This document shows positions 25,752 to 34,697 of a stretch of 49,475 nt of DNA, piece by piece; position 1 is the first letter of the stretch, and every line of letters starts with the position of its first letter. The notes under the pieces are model-generated. The model searched no databases, was not told the origin of the DNA, and worked only from the letters and a program-made list of their open reading frames with translations. The translations under genes were made by a program, and so were the position numbers. The stretch is from the IMG/VR virus record IMGVR_UViG_3300017700_000528, positions 1-49,475 of that record, one strand, 5' to 3'. Origin of the DNA: a virus. Taxonomy: Duplodnaviria; Caudoviricetes.

Positions 25752-26095
25752 CCGTCGCCTTCACACTTCCTCTGCCGCCGAGCGCGAACAACCTTTTCCC
25801 AACAGGGAAGGGCGGGCGCCGGTTCATCTCGCCTGAGTACAAGGCATGGCGAATGGAGGCGGGGTGGGAGCTGAACGCGCAACGCGCAAGGCCGATGAAG
25901 GGCCGCGTGAAAGTCGATATCGCGGTGAGCGAGGCGTGCCGTAACGACCTTGACAACAATACCAAGCCGATCGTGGACCTTTTAGTCGCCCATAAGATCA
26001 TCGAGGGCGACAGCAAGAAGCACGTCCGAGCGATCAACCTGAGCTGGGAGCCGTCCATACGTGCGGTGAACGTGACGATCTATCCCTGTTTGTAA
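25748..26095 (+). CDS. rusA: RusA-family Holliday junction resolvase
   Basis: LPLPPSANN, DLDN..K...D.L and I.GDS..V. Confidence 0.88.
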   Translation: MTVAFTLPLPPSANNLFPTGKGGRRFISPEYKAWRMEAGWELNAQRARPMKGRVKVDIAVSEACRNDLDNNTKPIVDLLVAHKIIEGDSKKHVRAINLSWEPSIRAVNVTIYPCL

Positions 26096-26147
26096 GCGTT
26101 TGTAGCGTCCTGCGTGAGAACAAAAACCATGACCAGGAGCGCACGCC

Positions 26148-27029
26148 GTGAGCCGTTGGTTTCGCCATTACGCCGGGATGTCGCGCGACGATAAGCTCGT
26201 CAGCGCGGCCTTGCGAGCGAAGCAGCCCGTTGAGCGGGTGATTTGGGTATGGGGCGCCATCCTTGAGAGCGCCGCGGAGATAAATGATGAAGGAAAATAT
26301 AATCTGGACGCCGCCGAGGTCGCCTACTTTCTTCGAGCGGACGAGGCTGACATTCGGAGCATTGTGGACGGCCTTGTCGAACTTGGCCGGGTTCACGATG
26401 GTCGTGTGGCGAAGTGGGGTGACCGTCAGTTCAAGTCGGATCGATCAGCAGAGCGAGTACGTGCGTATCGAGAGCGCCAACGGGACGACGGTAACGCTGG
26501 AGATGACGGCGGGAGCGTTACACCTGATGGATGTAACGACGCTGTAACGTTACAGCAACGTCACGGTAACTCACCAGAGACAGAGACAGATACAAAGACA
26601 GATACAAAGACAGAAAAGATTAGTGGTGGTGGTAGGCGCGCGGGCTCGATTTCGCCAAAGGCTTTCGAGATAGCGACCGAGCTTGGCGTCATCTGCGGAC
26701 ACCCCACGCTAGACCACTGGCCTCCCGGTTGGTGCGGATCTCCGTTGTGGGTCCAAAAGTGCCTGAACGAGGGCTGGCTTCCCGAGGTCATGATCGCGGA
26801 GACGCGCGCTGTTGCGATGAAGCGCGACGGCCCGATCGAACATTTCAAATACCTTGAAAAGCCCCTTGCTCGCGCTCAAGCGCAGCATCAGGCCCCGCTA
26901 CCGAAAGTCGAAACACCGCAGCAGGAGACGATCAATGGCGAACATCGGCAACGCCGCGATGCGCGTTCTGGAGGTGGCAAAGGCTTCGCAGCCTTCGCCT
27001 TCCAACGTTCCGGCCAAACGGGGGGCTGA
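26148..27029 (+). CDS. Replication initiator (lambda O-like position)
   Basis: WFRHY...DDK N-terminus, SAERVRAYRER, ETETDT linker and internal repeats. Confidence 0.75.
   Translation: MSRWFRHYAGMSRDDKLVSAALRAKQPVERVIWVWGAILESAAEINDEGKYNLDAAEVAYFLRADEADIRSIVDGLVELGRVHDGRVAKWGDRQFKSDRSAERVRAYRERQRDDGNAGDDGGSVTPDGCNDAVTLQQRHGNSPETETDTKTDTKTEKISGGGRRAGSISPKAFEIATELGVICGHPTLDHWPPGWCGSPLWVQKCLNEGWLPEVMIAETRAVAMKRDGPIEHFKYLEKPLARAQAQHQAPLPKVETPQQETINGEHRQRRDARSGGGKGFAAFAFQRSGQTGG
26491..26618. repeat. Putative origin: GTAACG/CGTTAC iterons and A-rich tandem repeats
   Basis: GTAACG 26491, CGTTACA 26516, TGTAACG 26532, palindrome GCTGTAACGTTACAGC 26541-26556; (GACAGATACAAA)x2 further on. Confidence 0.6.
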
Positions 27030-27690
27030 AATTGCGCCGGCATGGTTCGATCGGGAGACTGATGTTGAAATGCCGAACCGACTGTTCAGCGCATGGCAAT
27101 CGGCGCTTGGGCCGAGACAGGTTCGTCGCGCTTTGACCGTGAGCGAGCGGGGAAAACTGGAGGCGAGGGCGGCTGCGCTGTCGGCCGGCTTGATCCCGTT
27201 CAGCCGCGATCAGGAGGGACTTGTGGACGCTGAAATTGCGGCCATGTTCAATGGGTTCCGCTCGATGCGCCAGCAGGGCGAGGACGTTGCCTTCACCGTC
27301 GAGGTGACGCGGCGGGTGCTTCGTGAGTTTCCGCTGTGGGCAATCGCGGAAGGCTGCATGGCGATAGCGCAGCGGAGGGCTGTGACGAATCCGCCGCTCG
27401 ATGCGCGCTGGCCCCCGAACGACGGGCAGATATTCGAGGTCGTGGCCGGTGTCGTGAAGCACCATCGGAAAGCCCTGAGCACGGTAACGGCACTGCTTGA
27501 GGCAACAGTGGAGCCGCCAGCGCCGCCGCGCCAGGAACCACCAGAGCAGGGCGAACAATATCCACAGTGGATGCGCGCTGCTGATCTCGGGCCGCTGGAG
27601 AACATGGCCCCGCCGGACGGCAAACACGCGCAGCGCGTCATGGCGGATATTGAGGCACGTAAGGCGCAACGCACGGCGGCAGAAGGATAA
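26935..27690 (+). CDS. Replication accessory protein
   Basis: AGGAG RBS; L..FPLWAI..GC...WPP motif; follows the initiator. Confidence 0.6.
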   Translation: MANIGNAAMRVLEVAKASQPSPSNVPAKRGAEIAPAWFDRETDVEMPNRLFSAWQSALGPRQVRRALTVSERGKLEARAAALSAGLIPFSRDQEGLVDAEIAAMFNGFRSMRQQGEDVAFTVEVTRRVLREFPLWAIAEGCMAIAQRRAVTNPPLDARWPPNDGQIFEVVAGVVKHHRKALSTVTALLEATVEPPAPPRQEPPEQGEQYPQWMRAADLGPLENMAPPDGKHAQRVMADIEARKAQRTAAEG

Positions 27691-27695
27691 CCACC

Positions 27696-28331
27696 ATGCA
27701 CAGCACTGGGGTAGGAATGGTGACGAAAACACAGCGGCCGCTCACCTATGGCCGAATGACCAACTTCCTGCGCCAGGCAGAGCTTGGATCGGGAACAGGG
27801 GCGACGGGCGCCACCGTCGTCAAGCAATCGCACAGCCCGTTGATGCAGCTCATGTTCGAGTCCGCGCAATGGGAACGCGGCGTTAAGGGCGCCAAGAAAC
27901 CCGTGGACGGTGAGAAGTTTGGTAGCCATGAGCTGGAAGCCTCACAGGAGATCGAGGCTGCGTTCTTTGCGATCTCGGGCGGGATGATGTTCAAGCCGAT
28001 GAACTACGAGCGCACGGACCCCGGAAAGCCCTCGGACTGGCCAGAGGCGCTGGCGCTCAAGGTTCGACGCTATCAGGCATGGGCGTGTCACTGGTCCATG
28101 ATGGCGAAGCGATTTGACCCTACGTTGCAGATCGTGATTGCTGCCGTGATCGATCAGCGCCCCTTCCGGGAGACCGCCTCAGACCTTGGCTTCGGCCATG
28201 AGCGGATCAGGAATGCGACCGTCCGCGGCCTTCGGGACTATGCTGCAAGGGCAGGGTGGGCTCATGGCAGGGATGGGGATCGGTGGCGGTTGAACGCTGG
28301 AATGACGTTCAGGAGGGCGGCCGTCGCATGA
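27696..28331 (+). CDS. Putative late-gene regulator (Q position)
   Basis: C-terminal HTH-like segment; precedes the late promoter. Confidence 0.5.
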   Translation: MHSTGVGMVTKTQRPLTYGRMTNFLRQAELGSGTGATGATVVKQSHSPLMQLMFESAQWERGVKGAKKPVDGEKFGSHELEASQEIEAAFFAISGGMMFKPMNYERTDPGKPSDWPEALALKVRRYQAWACHWSMMAKRFDPTLQIVIAAVIDQRPFRETASDLGFGHERIRNATVRGLRDYAARAGWAHGRDGDRWRLNAGMTFRRAAVA

Positions 28332-28537
28332 CCTACGGGAAAACCATGGGGCGCCTGACCGTAACAGTGAGCCGCGATGGTGCGAAGATGCACGACTACG
28401 GCCACGGGTGCGAGGTGTCCTGCGTGGCCGGGTGGAATGATAGTTGCCCGGTCGTGTCGCACACCATGTCGGTCGAGGAATTGCGCGATCTTCGCTATTT
28501 GCTGGACCGCGCTATCGCTGCGGCTGATTCGGAGTGA
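28328..28537 (+). CDS. Hypothetical protein
   Basis: AGGAGG RBS, ATGA overlap. Confidence 0.55.
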   Translation: MTYGKTMGRLTVTVSRDGAKMHDYGHGCEVSCVAGWNDSCPVVSHTMSVEELRDLRYLLDRAIAAADSE

Positions 28538-28557
28538 ACACGATTTAACCCCTCAAT

Positions 28558-28587
28558 TTGACAAGCGGGCCGCTATTTGCGTAAATT
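28558..28587 (+). promoter_or_regulatory. Late promoter (pR'-like)
   Basis: TTGACA-18 bp-TAAATT upstream of the morphogenesis operon. Confidence 0.7.
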
Positions 28588-28606
28588 GTTCCCAGAGTGA
28601 TTTGCT

Positions 28607-28645
28607 GCGCCCGCACGGAACCCCCGTCGCGGGCGCTTTGCATTT
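28607..28645 (+). terminator. tR'-like hairpin
   Basis: GCGCCCGC...GCGGGCGC followed by TTTGCATTT. Confidence 0.55.
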
Positions 28646-28844
28646 CCGGCGCCAGCCCTCCTCCTCCCCGTCGTGCCGCGCTGGACGGGCCGCTCTCTTA
28701 GCATTCTGTCCCCCGACTCCCGGATGTGGGAGGGCGGCCCACCCCCTTAGTTTGGTTCACGATAGAACCCCGTAACCGTTCCGTCAGTGCGGTCACCCAA
28801 CGTCAGCGTATGCGCCTCCCCGAAACCCCCTAGAGGAAGAACCG

Positions 28845-29180
28845 ATGAAACACGATGAACAGGCTATCGAGAAAGAAATTCAGGCCAAGAACCTCAACGC
28901 GCCGCGCCTCAACCCGCAGCACATCGACGACCAGATCGTCGCTGAATACAGCGGGCGCGCATCCGTGATGTTCAAGGACTGCCCCGGCGCCGATGCGCTT
29001 TCGACGCTGACCATCTGCGTCCTTCGGCTGAAGAACGGCTTCCTGTTGGTTGGCGAGAGTGCGTGCGCCAGCCCTGAGAACTACGACGAGGCGATCGGCC
29101 ACAAGATCGCCCGCGACAATGCACGCAGCAAGATTTGGGCGCTCGAAGGCTACGCGCTCCGCTCCAAGCTCGCCGCCTAG
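28845..29180 (+). CDS. Gp49-family phage protein
   Basis: APRL, LTICVL.LKNGF...GESACASPENYD..IG.KIA..NA..KIW.LEGY.L. Confidence 0.85.
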   Translation: MKHDEQAIEKEIQAKNLNAPRLNPQHIDDQIVAEYSGRASVMFKDCPGADALSTLTICVLRLKNGFLLVGESACASPENYDEAIGHKIARDNARSKIWALEGYALRSKLAA

Positions 29181-29249
29181 TTGGGCTAATGGGGCTTCCC
29201 GATGACCGCTACTGACGGAAGCCCCGACCTCCAACCCATCGTGAATTGA

Positions 29250-29342
29250 ATGACCTCCACCATCAACACCCTCAAACGCAAGCCCACCAAGACCATCAAG
29301 GTAAAGGCCAAGGCAAAGCGGAAGAAGTGCAAGAAGTGCTGA
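29250..29342 (+). CDS. 30-aa Lys-rich peptide
   Basis: MTSTINTLKRKPTKTIKVKAKAKRKKCKKC; no clear RBS. Confidence 0.35.
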   Translation: MTSTINTLKRKPTKTIKVKAKAKRKKCKKC

Positions 29343-29364
29343 CCAACAACCAGAGGAGACGACA

Positions 29365-29667
29365 ATGCAAACCGGAACGGTAATTACGGCATACGGTCTC
29401 CGCTCGTCCCCTTCCGGGGATCATACTGAACAACCGCTCAATATCGGCGATCAGGTGGAGATCATTGGCTGCGACGCCGGCTGGATGTGGGTGCGAACCT
29501 CGCGCTACGCAGGTTTCGTTCCCAGCAACAAGATCAAGGTCGAGCCGGATAAGGCTGATGAGCCGGCCGCCCCAGAACCACAGCCACCGGCTGCCACTGT
29601 CCATAAGCCCGCCGACAAACCAGCGCTTCACAAGGCTCCCGCCAAGCGGCCCACACATCATCGCTGA
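29365..29667 (+). CDS. SH3b-like domain protein
   Basis: LRSSPS..L..GDQVEII....GW..V.....GFVP; GAGGAG RBS. Confidence 0.7.
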   Translation: MQTGTVITAYGLRSSPSGDHTEQPLNIGDQVEIIGCDAGWMWVRTSRYAGFVPSNKIKVEPDKADEPAAPEPQPPAATVHKPADKPALHKAPAKRPTHHR

Positions 29668-30260
29668 TGCCCGTTCTCAGCAATCCCCGTCACGAGCGCT
29701 TCGCTCAGGAACTGGCTAAGGGCACCTCAGCATCAGAGGCCTATGAGCTTGCGGGTTACAAACCAAACCGCGGCAACGCGACAACACTAAAGCAGGACCA
29801 AAGCATTTCAATCCGAGTGGCTGAACTACTCCAGGAGCGTGAACAGATACACGCCCAAGCCACAGCGGAGGCTGTAGAGCGCGCTGGGCTGACTAAGGAG
29901 TGGGTTATTGAGCGGCTGACAACGGTCGCTGAGCGGGCGCTGCAAGCCAAGCCAGTGCTTAACCGCAAGGGTGAGCCTGTGATGGTTGAAACTCCTGCCG
30001 GAATGATGGCGCCGGCTTTTGTGTTTGACAGCTCGGGCGCAAACCGCAGTCTCGAACTGCTCGGCAAGGAGCTGGGCATGTTTGTGGATAGGTCAGAGGA
30101 TGTTACTTCCAAGCGACATATCGACCAGATTGACGCCCGCATTAATCAGCTCCTTGGCGATCGAGGAGAAGGAAGAGCTGCTGAGCCTTCTGGAGGAACG
30201 GGAACAGGTTCTCAAGGAGACGAAGCTATTCCAACTGTACCCGGCCACGGGACCGCTTAG
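29667..30260 (+). CDS. terS: Terminase small subunit
   Basis: L.NPRHERFAQ..AKG....AY..AGY and ANRSLELLGKELGMF. Confidence 0.88.
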   Translation: MPVLSNPRHERFAQELAKGTSASEAYELAGYKPNRGNATTLKQDQSISIRVAELLQEREQIHAQATAEAVERAGLTKEWVIERLTTVAERALQAKPVLNRKGEPVMVETPAGMMAPAFVFDSSGANRSLELLGKELGMFVDRSEDVTSKRHIDQIDARINQLLGDRGEGRAAEPSGGTGTGSQGDEAIPTVPGHGTA

Positions 30261-30855
30261 GCGTGAGCTATACGCTAAGCATCTGGCTTTTTTTCGTGCT
30301 GGCTCCACGTACATGGAGCGGGCTTGCATCGCAGCAAACCGCGTCGGCAAAACTTGGGGCATAGGCGGTTACGAGACCACGCTGCACCTGACGGGTGAGT
30401 ATCCCGATTGGTGGGATGGGCGGCGGTTCGATAGCCCGATTGAGGCATGGGCTGCTGGCGACACGTCGGAAACGACGCGAGATATCGTCCAGCAGGCTTT
30501 GATGGGGCCGCTTGGTGACCTTGGGACTGGGTTGCTACCGGCGGCGAATATAATCGGTGAACCGACCAAGCGCGCTGGTGTTGCCGGGGCAATGGACACG
30601 GGGCGCATCCGGCACAAGTCGGGCGGCGTCTCACTGGTTGGGTTCAAGTCATACGATCAGGGGCGGAAGAAGTTCCAGGGCACCGCGAAGCATGTTTGCT
30701 GGTGCGACGAGGAGCCGCCGGCTGATGTTTACGACGAGATGATGCTGCGGCTGATGACGACGGACGGGATCATGCTCGGGACGTTCACGCCATTGAGTGG
30801 CCTGTCGCAGATCGTGTTGCGGTTCCTGCCTGAGATGGCACCGGAGGTTTCGTGA
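30100..30855 (+). CDS. terL: Terminase large subunit, ATPase part
   Basis: AANRVGKT Walker A, FKSYDQGR, WCDEEP Walker B and TFTP motif III; start uncertain. Confidence 0.88.
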   Translation: MLLPSDISTRLTPALISSLAIEEKEELLSLLEEREQVLKETKLFQLYPATGPLRRELYAKHLAFFRAGSTYMERACIAANRVGKTWGIGGYETTLHLTGEYPDWWDGRRFDSPIEAWAAGDTSETTRDIVQQALMGPLGDLGTGLLPAANIIGEPTKRAGVAGAMDTGRIRHKSGGVSLVGFKSYDQGRKKFQGTAKHVCWCDEEPPADVYDEMMLRLMTTDGIMLGTFTPLSGLSQIVLRFLPEMAPEVS

Positions 30856-31589
30856 GCCGATACGCCCAGCAAATCGAGTGGGACGACGTTCCGCACCTCT
30901 CGAAGGACCAGAAGGACAAGCTCCTTGACTCAATCCCTCCACACCAGAGGGACGCTCGCACAAAGGGCATCCCGGTTCTGGGCGCGGGTCAAATCTACCC
31001 GGTGGCTGAATCGGCCGTCATCGTTGACCCGTTTCAGATCCCCCAGTTCTGGCCGCGTGCTTACGGTCTTGACGTTGGATGGAACAGAACAGCGGGTATC
31101 TGGGGTGCATGGGACCGTGATAGCGATACGGTCTATCTCTACTCCGAGCACTACGCCGGCCAGCAGCCCCCCAGCGTCCATGCTGATGCGATTAAGGCGC
31201 GGGGCGATTGGATGTCAGGTGCGATCGATCCTGCAAGCGCAGGGGCGAACCAGAAAGACGGTACGACTCTCATCGGCGAGTACCAGGCGCTAGGGCTCAA
31301 TCTGCACCCGGCCGACAACTCGGTCGAGGCGGGGCTCATGGCCTGCTACCAGCGCTTGGCATCTGGCCGCCTCAAGATATTCAAGACGCTCCGCAATACG
31401 ATCACGGAACTGCGCATCTACCGCAGGGACGAGAACGGCAAGATTGTCAAAGAGAACGACCACGCGATGGACGCCATGCGCTACCTGATCATGACCGGGA
31501 TGATGCTGGCGAGCGTTGAGCCTGCGGCCATGGAAGAACTGGAAGACCGCTTGCAGCAGCGCGGCCGTTCAAGCGTGACGGGGTATTGA
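30852..31589 (+). CDS. terL: Terminase large subunit, nuclease part
   Basis: WDDVPHL, GLDVGW, IDP and NDHAMDAMRY; own GGAGG RBS. Confidence 0.88.
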   Translation: MSRYAQQIEWDDVPHLSKDQKDKLLDSIPPHQRDARTKGIPVLGAGQIYPVAESAVIVDPFQIPQFWPRAYGLDVGWNRTAGIWGAWDRDSDTVYLYSEHYAGQQPPSVHADAIKARGDWMSGAIDPASAGANQKDGTTLIGEYQALGLNLHPADNSVEAGLMACYQRLASGRLKIFKTLRNTITELRIYRRDENGKIVKENDHAMDAMRYLIMTGMMLASVEPAAMEELEDRLQQRGRSSVTGY

Positions 31590-31771
31590 TGCTCTCTTGG
31601 TCAGCCAACAAAGATTTTGGCGTGTGGTGGCTCGGCATTGGCCGATGGCGGCTGATCCTGAGGGCGCCATGGGATGAGCCGCTGTTCTCCGAGTGTTACG
31701 GCCACGCCTCGACGCTGCCCCTTGGCTTTGGCTGGCGTATACAATCGCGCCTTGTGCCGGTCTGGAACTAG
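31589..31771 (+). CDS. Small Trp-rich hypothetical protein
   Basis: TGATG coupling; fills the terL-portal gap. Confidence 0.5.
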   Translation: MLSWSANKDFGVWWLGIGRWRLILRAPWDEPLFSECYGHASTLPLGFGWRIQSRLVPVWN

Positions 31772-31774
31772 TCA

Positions 31775-34018
31775 ATGGCCTACGGTTATCCCGCGCCTGC
31801 CAGATCATCGGATGGCAAGCGAACGAGGACGCCTGCGCTCGCCAGTACGCTGACCAAGCTGCTGGAGTTCGAGACATCGCCCAACATCGCGGAAGACCTT
31901 GAAGATTCCGAACTGGAGAAGATCGGCCAGGACGTAGAGCGCGAATACAAGATCGACAAGAAATCCCGTGAGGAATGGGAACAGTCGGCCGAGCGGGCCA
32001 TGGACATCGCGCTCCAGGTCAGGAAGCCCAAGAACTACCCGTTCGAGGGTGCAGCCAACATCAAATACCCGCTGGTCACAGTCGCGGCCCTTCAGTTCGG
32101 GGCGCGTGCCTATCCTGCGATTGTGGACGGTAATCGCGTCGTCAAAGCCCAGGTGATGGGCAACGACAACGGCATACCGCTTCCACAACCCGGCATTACG
32201 CCGCCTGCTATGGGTGGGCCGGGTCAAATGATGGGCTCGACGGCCATGACGCCGCCGGGCATGGGCGGTCAGCCACAGGAAGGCCAAGTCCCGCCTGAGA
32301 TGGCTGGGCAGATGCAGCCCGGAATGGAAGGGCAGCCGCCGCAACAGCAATGGCAAGTTCAGCCCGGCGCCAAGCGCGCCAAGGCCGATCGCGTATCGGC
32401 GCACATGAGCTATCAGCTCCTGTGCGAGATGGAGGAATGGGAGGAGGACACCGACGTTCTGCTGCACCACTTGCCAATCGTTGGCTGCGCCTTCCGCAAG
32501 GTCTGGCGCTCGGAGGAACTTGGTCGGAACAAGGCCGAGATGGTCACGGCCATCCACCTTGTCGTCAACAACAAGGTCCGCAGCCTTGAAGAGGCGCCGC
32601 GCGTCACTCATGAGATTTTCCTGTACCCGCAGGAGATCGAGGAGCGCAAGCGTAGCGGCACGTTCTGCGAGCATGACTATGAGGCGCCAGCCAGTGAAGG
32701 CGATGGCGACGAGGACGCGCCGCATTGCTTCCTGGAGCAGCACAAGTTCCTTGATCTGGATGGGGATGGCTACAAAGAGCCGTACATCGTCACGGTCCAT
32801 AAGGACGACTGCAAGGTCGCCAGGATCGTCGCGAACTACCGCGTCGAGGACATCAAGGACGACGGCAAGAAGATCACCCGCATTCCCAAGGGCCACTACT
32901 TCGTCAAATACTCGTTCATCCCCGATCCGAAGGGCGGGTTCTACGACATCGGCTTCGGAAAGCTCCTGGAGAGCATCGGCGAGTCGATCGACACCACGAT
33001 CAACCAGATGCTCGACGCCGGCCACCTCCAGAACGCGGGCGGTGGGTTCATCGGCTCTGGCGTCAGACTGAAGAAGAACAACATCAAGGTTCGGCCCGGC
33101 CACTACGAACAGGTTGCGACCAACGGAGATCTGCGAGCCCAAATCTATAACCACCAGTTCCAAGGTCCGTCCGCCGTCCTGTTCAATCTTCTTGGGATGC
33201 TGATCGAGTCCGCCCGTGACATTACGGCGGTCAAGGACATCCTGACCGGGGATACCGGCGACAAGGGTGTCCAGACCGCGACCACGACCCTTGCCATGAT
33301 CGAGCAGGGGCTGAAGGTCTTCACCGCGATCTACAAGCGCGTCTATCGCGCCATGCGGGATGAGTTCAAACTGCTGTTCAAGCTGAATGCCCAGCACATC
33401 AACGATCAGGAGTATTTCACCTTCCACGACCAGCAGCAGGCCGTTGCGAAGTCGGACTACGACATCGCATCCATGGACATCATGCCCGTAGCCGACCCGA
33501 AGATGGTGACGGACATGCAGCGGACGGCGCGGGCTAACGTGCTGCTCCAAATCGCGGCCAGCCCTCTAGGCGCCGCCCAGGACCCGCAGGAGGCGCTGAA
33601 GCGCGTCTACGACTCGCTGGGCATCGAAGAGCCCCAGAAGCTGCTGGCGAAGCAGGCGGGCCCGCCGCCTGATCTGATGGCCAAGGTCGAGAAGGATATG
33701 TCAACGGCCGACCTGAACAAGGCCAAGGCTGACGAGACGCGCGCCAAGACCGACCTTCTTGACGACGACGCGCAGCACGCCGCCATGATGAAAGAGGCTG
33801 ACCTGACGTTGCGAGCCGACGATCAGCAGCACAAACAGGTAATGGACAAGGCCGGATTGGAGCTTGAGGTGGTGGGTGCCGCAGATCAGGCACAGCGCGC
33901 CGATCGTCAGCAGGATATCGACGCCACGTTTGAGGCCGGACATCTGCAAGAGGCGGCCAGGAACAACGAGCGGAAGTTTGAGAGCGACAAGGCGAAGGTT
34001 AAGCAGGCAACCAAGTGA
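31775..34018 (+). CDS. Portal protein
   Basis: 747 aa after terL; D..SREEW, G..FRKV and GFY..GFG motifs; helical C-terminal barrel region. Confidence 0.88.
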   Translation: MAYGYPAPARSSDGKRTRTPALASTLTKLLEFETSPNIAEDLEDSELEKIGQDVEREYKIDKKSREEWEQSAERAMDIALQVRKPKNYPFEGAANIKYPLVTVAALQFGARAYPAIVDGNRVVKAQVMGNDNGIPLPQPGITPPAMGGPGQMMGSTAMTPPGMGGQPQEGQVPPEMAGQMQPGMEGQPPQQQWQVQPGAKRAKADRVSAHMSYQLLCEMEEWEEDTDVLLHHLPIVGCAFRKVWRSEELGRNKAEMVTAIHLVVNNKVRSLEEAPRVTHEIFLYPQEIEERKRSGTFCEHDYEAPASEGDGDEDAPHCFLEQHKFLDLDGDGYKEPYIVTVHKDDCKVARIVANYRVEDIKDDGKKITRIPKGHYFVKYSFIPDPKGGFYDIGFGKLLESIGESIDTTINQMLDAGHLQNAGGGFIGSGVRLKKNNIKVRPGHYEQVATNGDLRAQIYNHQFQGPSAVLFNLLGMLIESARDITAVKDILTGDTGDKGVQTATTTLAMIEQGLKVFTAIYKRVYRAMRDEFKLLFKLNAQHINDQEYFTFHDQQQAVAKSDYDIASMDIMPVADPKMVTDMQRTARANVLLQIAASPLGAAQDPQEALKRVYDSLGIEEPQKLLAKQAGPPPDLMAKVEKDMSTADLNKAKADETRAKTDLLDDDAQHAAMMKEADLTLRADDQQHKQVMDKAGLELEVVGAADQAQRADRQQDIDATFEAGHLQEAARNNERKFESDKAKVKQATK

Positions 34019-34470
34019 GCGACGTTTACGGCCGCCTGAAGAGCTATCTGCCGCAGCAGCAACCACCGGCGACCATGATGCCGGGCTCGCAAGGTGGGAT
34101 GCTTGGATACCTCGTTCGCCAGAAACTCTATGGTGGAGAGCAATCATATTTCCAGCAGAACCCAAATGTCGCTGGCATGGCATCCGAGTCTGGTCATGTT
34201 GTGCTCAATCCGCACTCGCCACCGGACGTTAATCGTGATGCGGTTGCAAGGAATGAGGCGCTTCGTCTTCTAATCCGCGACCGTGCTGTTACCCCCGGTT
34301 TCGGCGTTACGCCACAGCAGCGAGCGGCCTTCCAAGGTACGCCATACGAGAACAATGAAGGCGCGATGCGCGAGACAATCGCGGCCCGCGCCTATTCAGG
34401 CGACCCAAGTATTACGCCAACGCCAGAGCAGACAAACTGGCTGCAATGGCTCTTGCGGCAGAAGCGATGA
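34015..34470 (+). CDS. Hypothetical protein, possible degenerate zincin fold
   Basis: VAGMA...VVLNP...AVARNEALR and downstream RETIAAR. Confidence 0.6.
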   Translation: MSDVYGRLKSYLPQQQPPATMMPGSQGGMLGYLVRQKLYGGEQSYFQQNPNVAGMASESGHVVLNPHSPPDVNRDAVARNEALRLLIRDRAVTPGFGVTPQQRAAFQGTPYENNEGAMRETIAARAYSGDPSITPTPEQTNWLQWLLRQKR

Positions 34471-34697
34471 AATTTGAGCAGGAAGACTTCGACCAGTGGT
34501 TGGCTCACCCCGTCACTGAACAGATGATCCATGCGCTCAAGAGACTGAGCGAAGAGACCAAAGCGAAATGGTTGGCCGTGTCATGGGAAGGGGGCAACCC
34601 CGATCCCTTGCTATTGGCCGACCTCCGAGCCCGAGCACAGGTCACTAGCGACCTGGCAGATTTGAAACTTGAGGACATCAATGACGAAGACGAATGA
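34467..34697 (+). CDS. Small head-associated protein
   Basis: F..W..HPVT motif; between portal and GroES. Confidence 0.65.
   Translation: MKFEQEDFDQWLAHPVTEQMIHALKRLSEETKAKWLAVSWEGGNPDPLLLADLRARAQVTSDLADLKLEDINDEDE

Noticed and set aside
26574-26618. CRISPR-like or VNTR array
   Set aside because: Short coding repeats (ETETDTKTDTKTE) without spacers; no cas genes.
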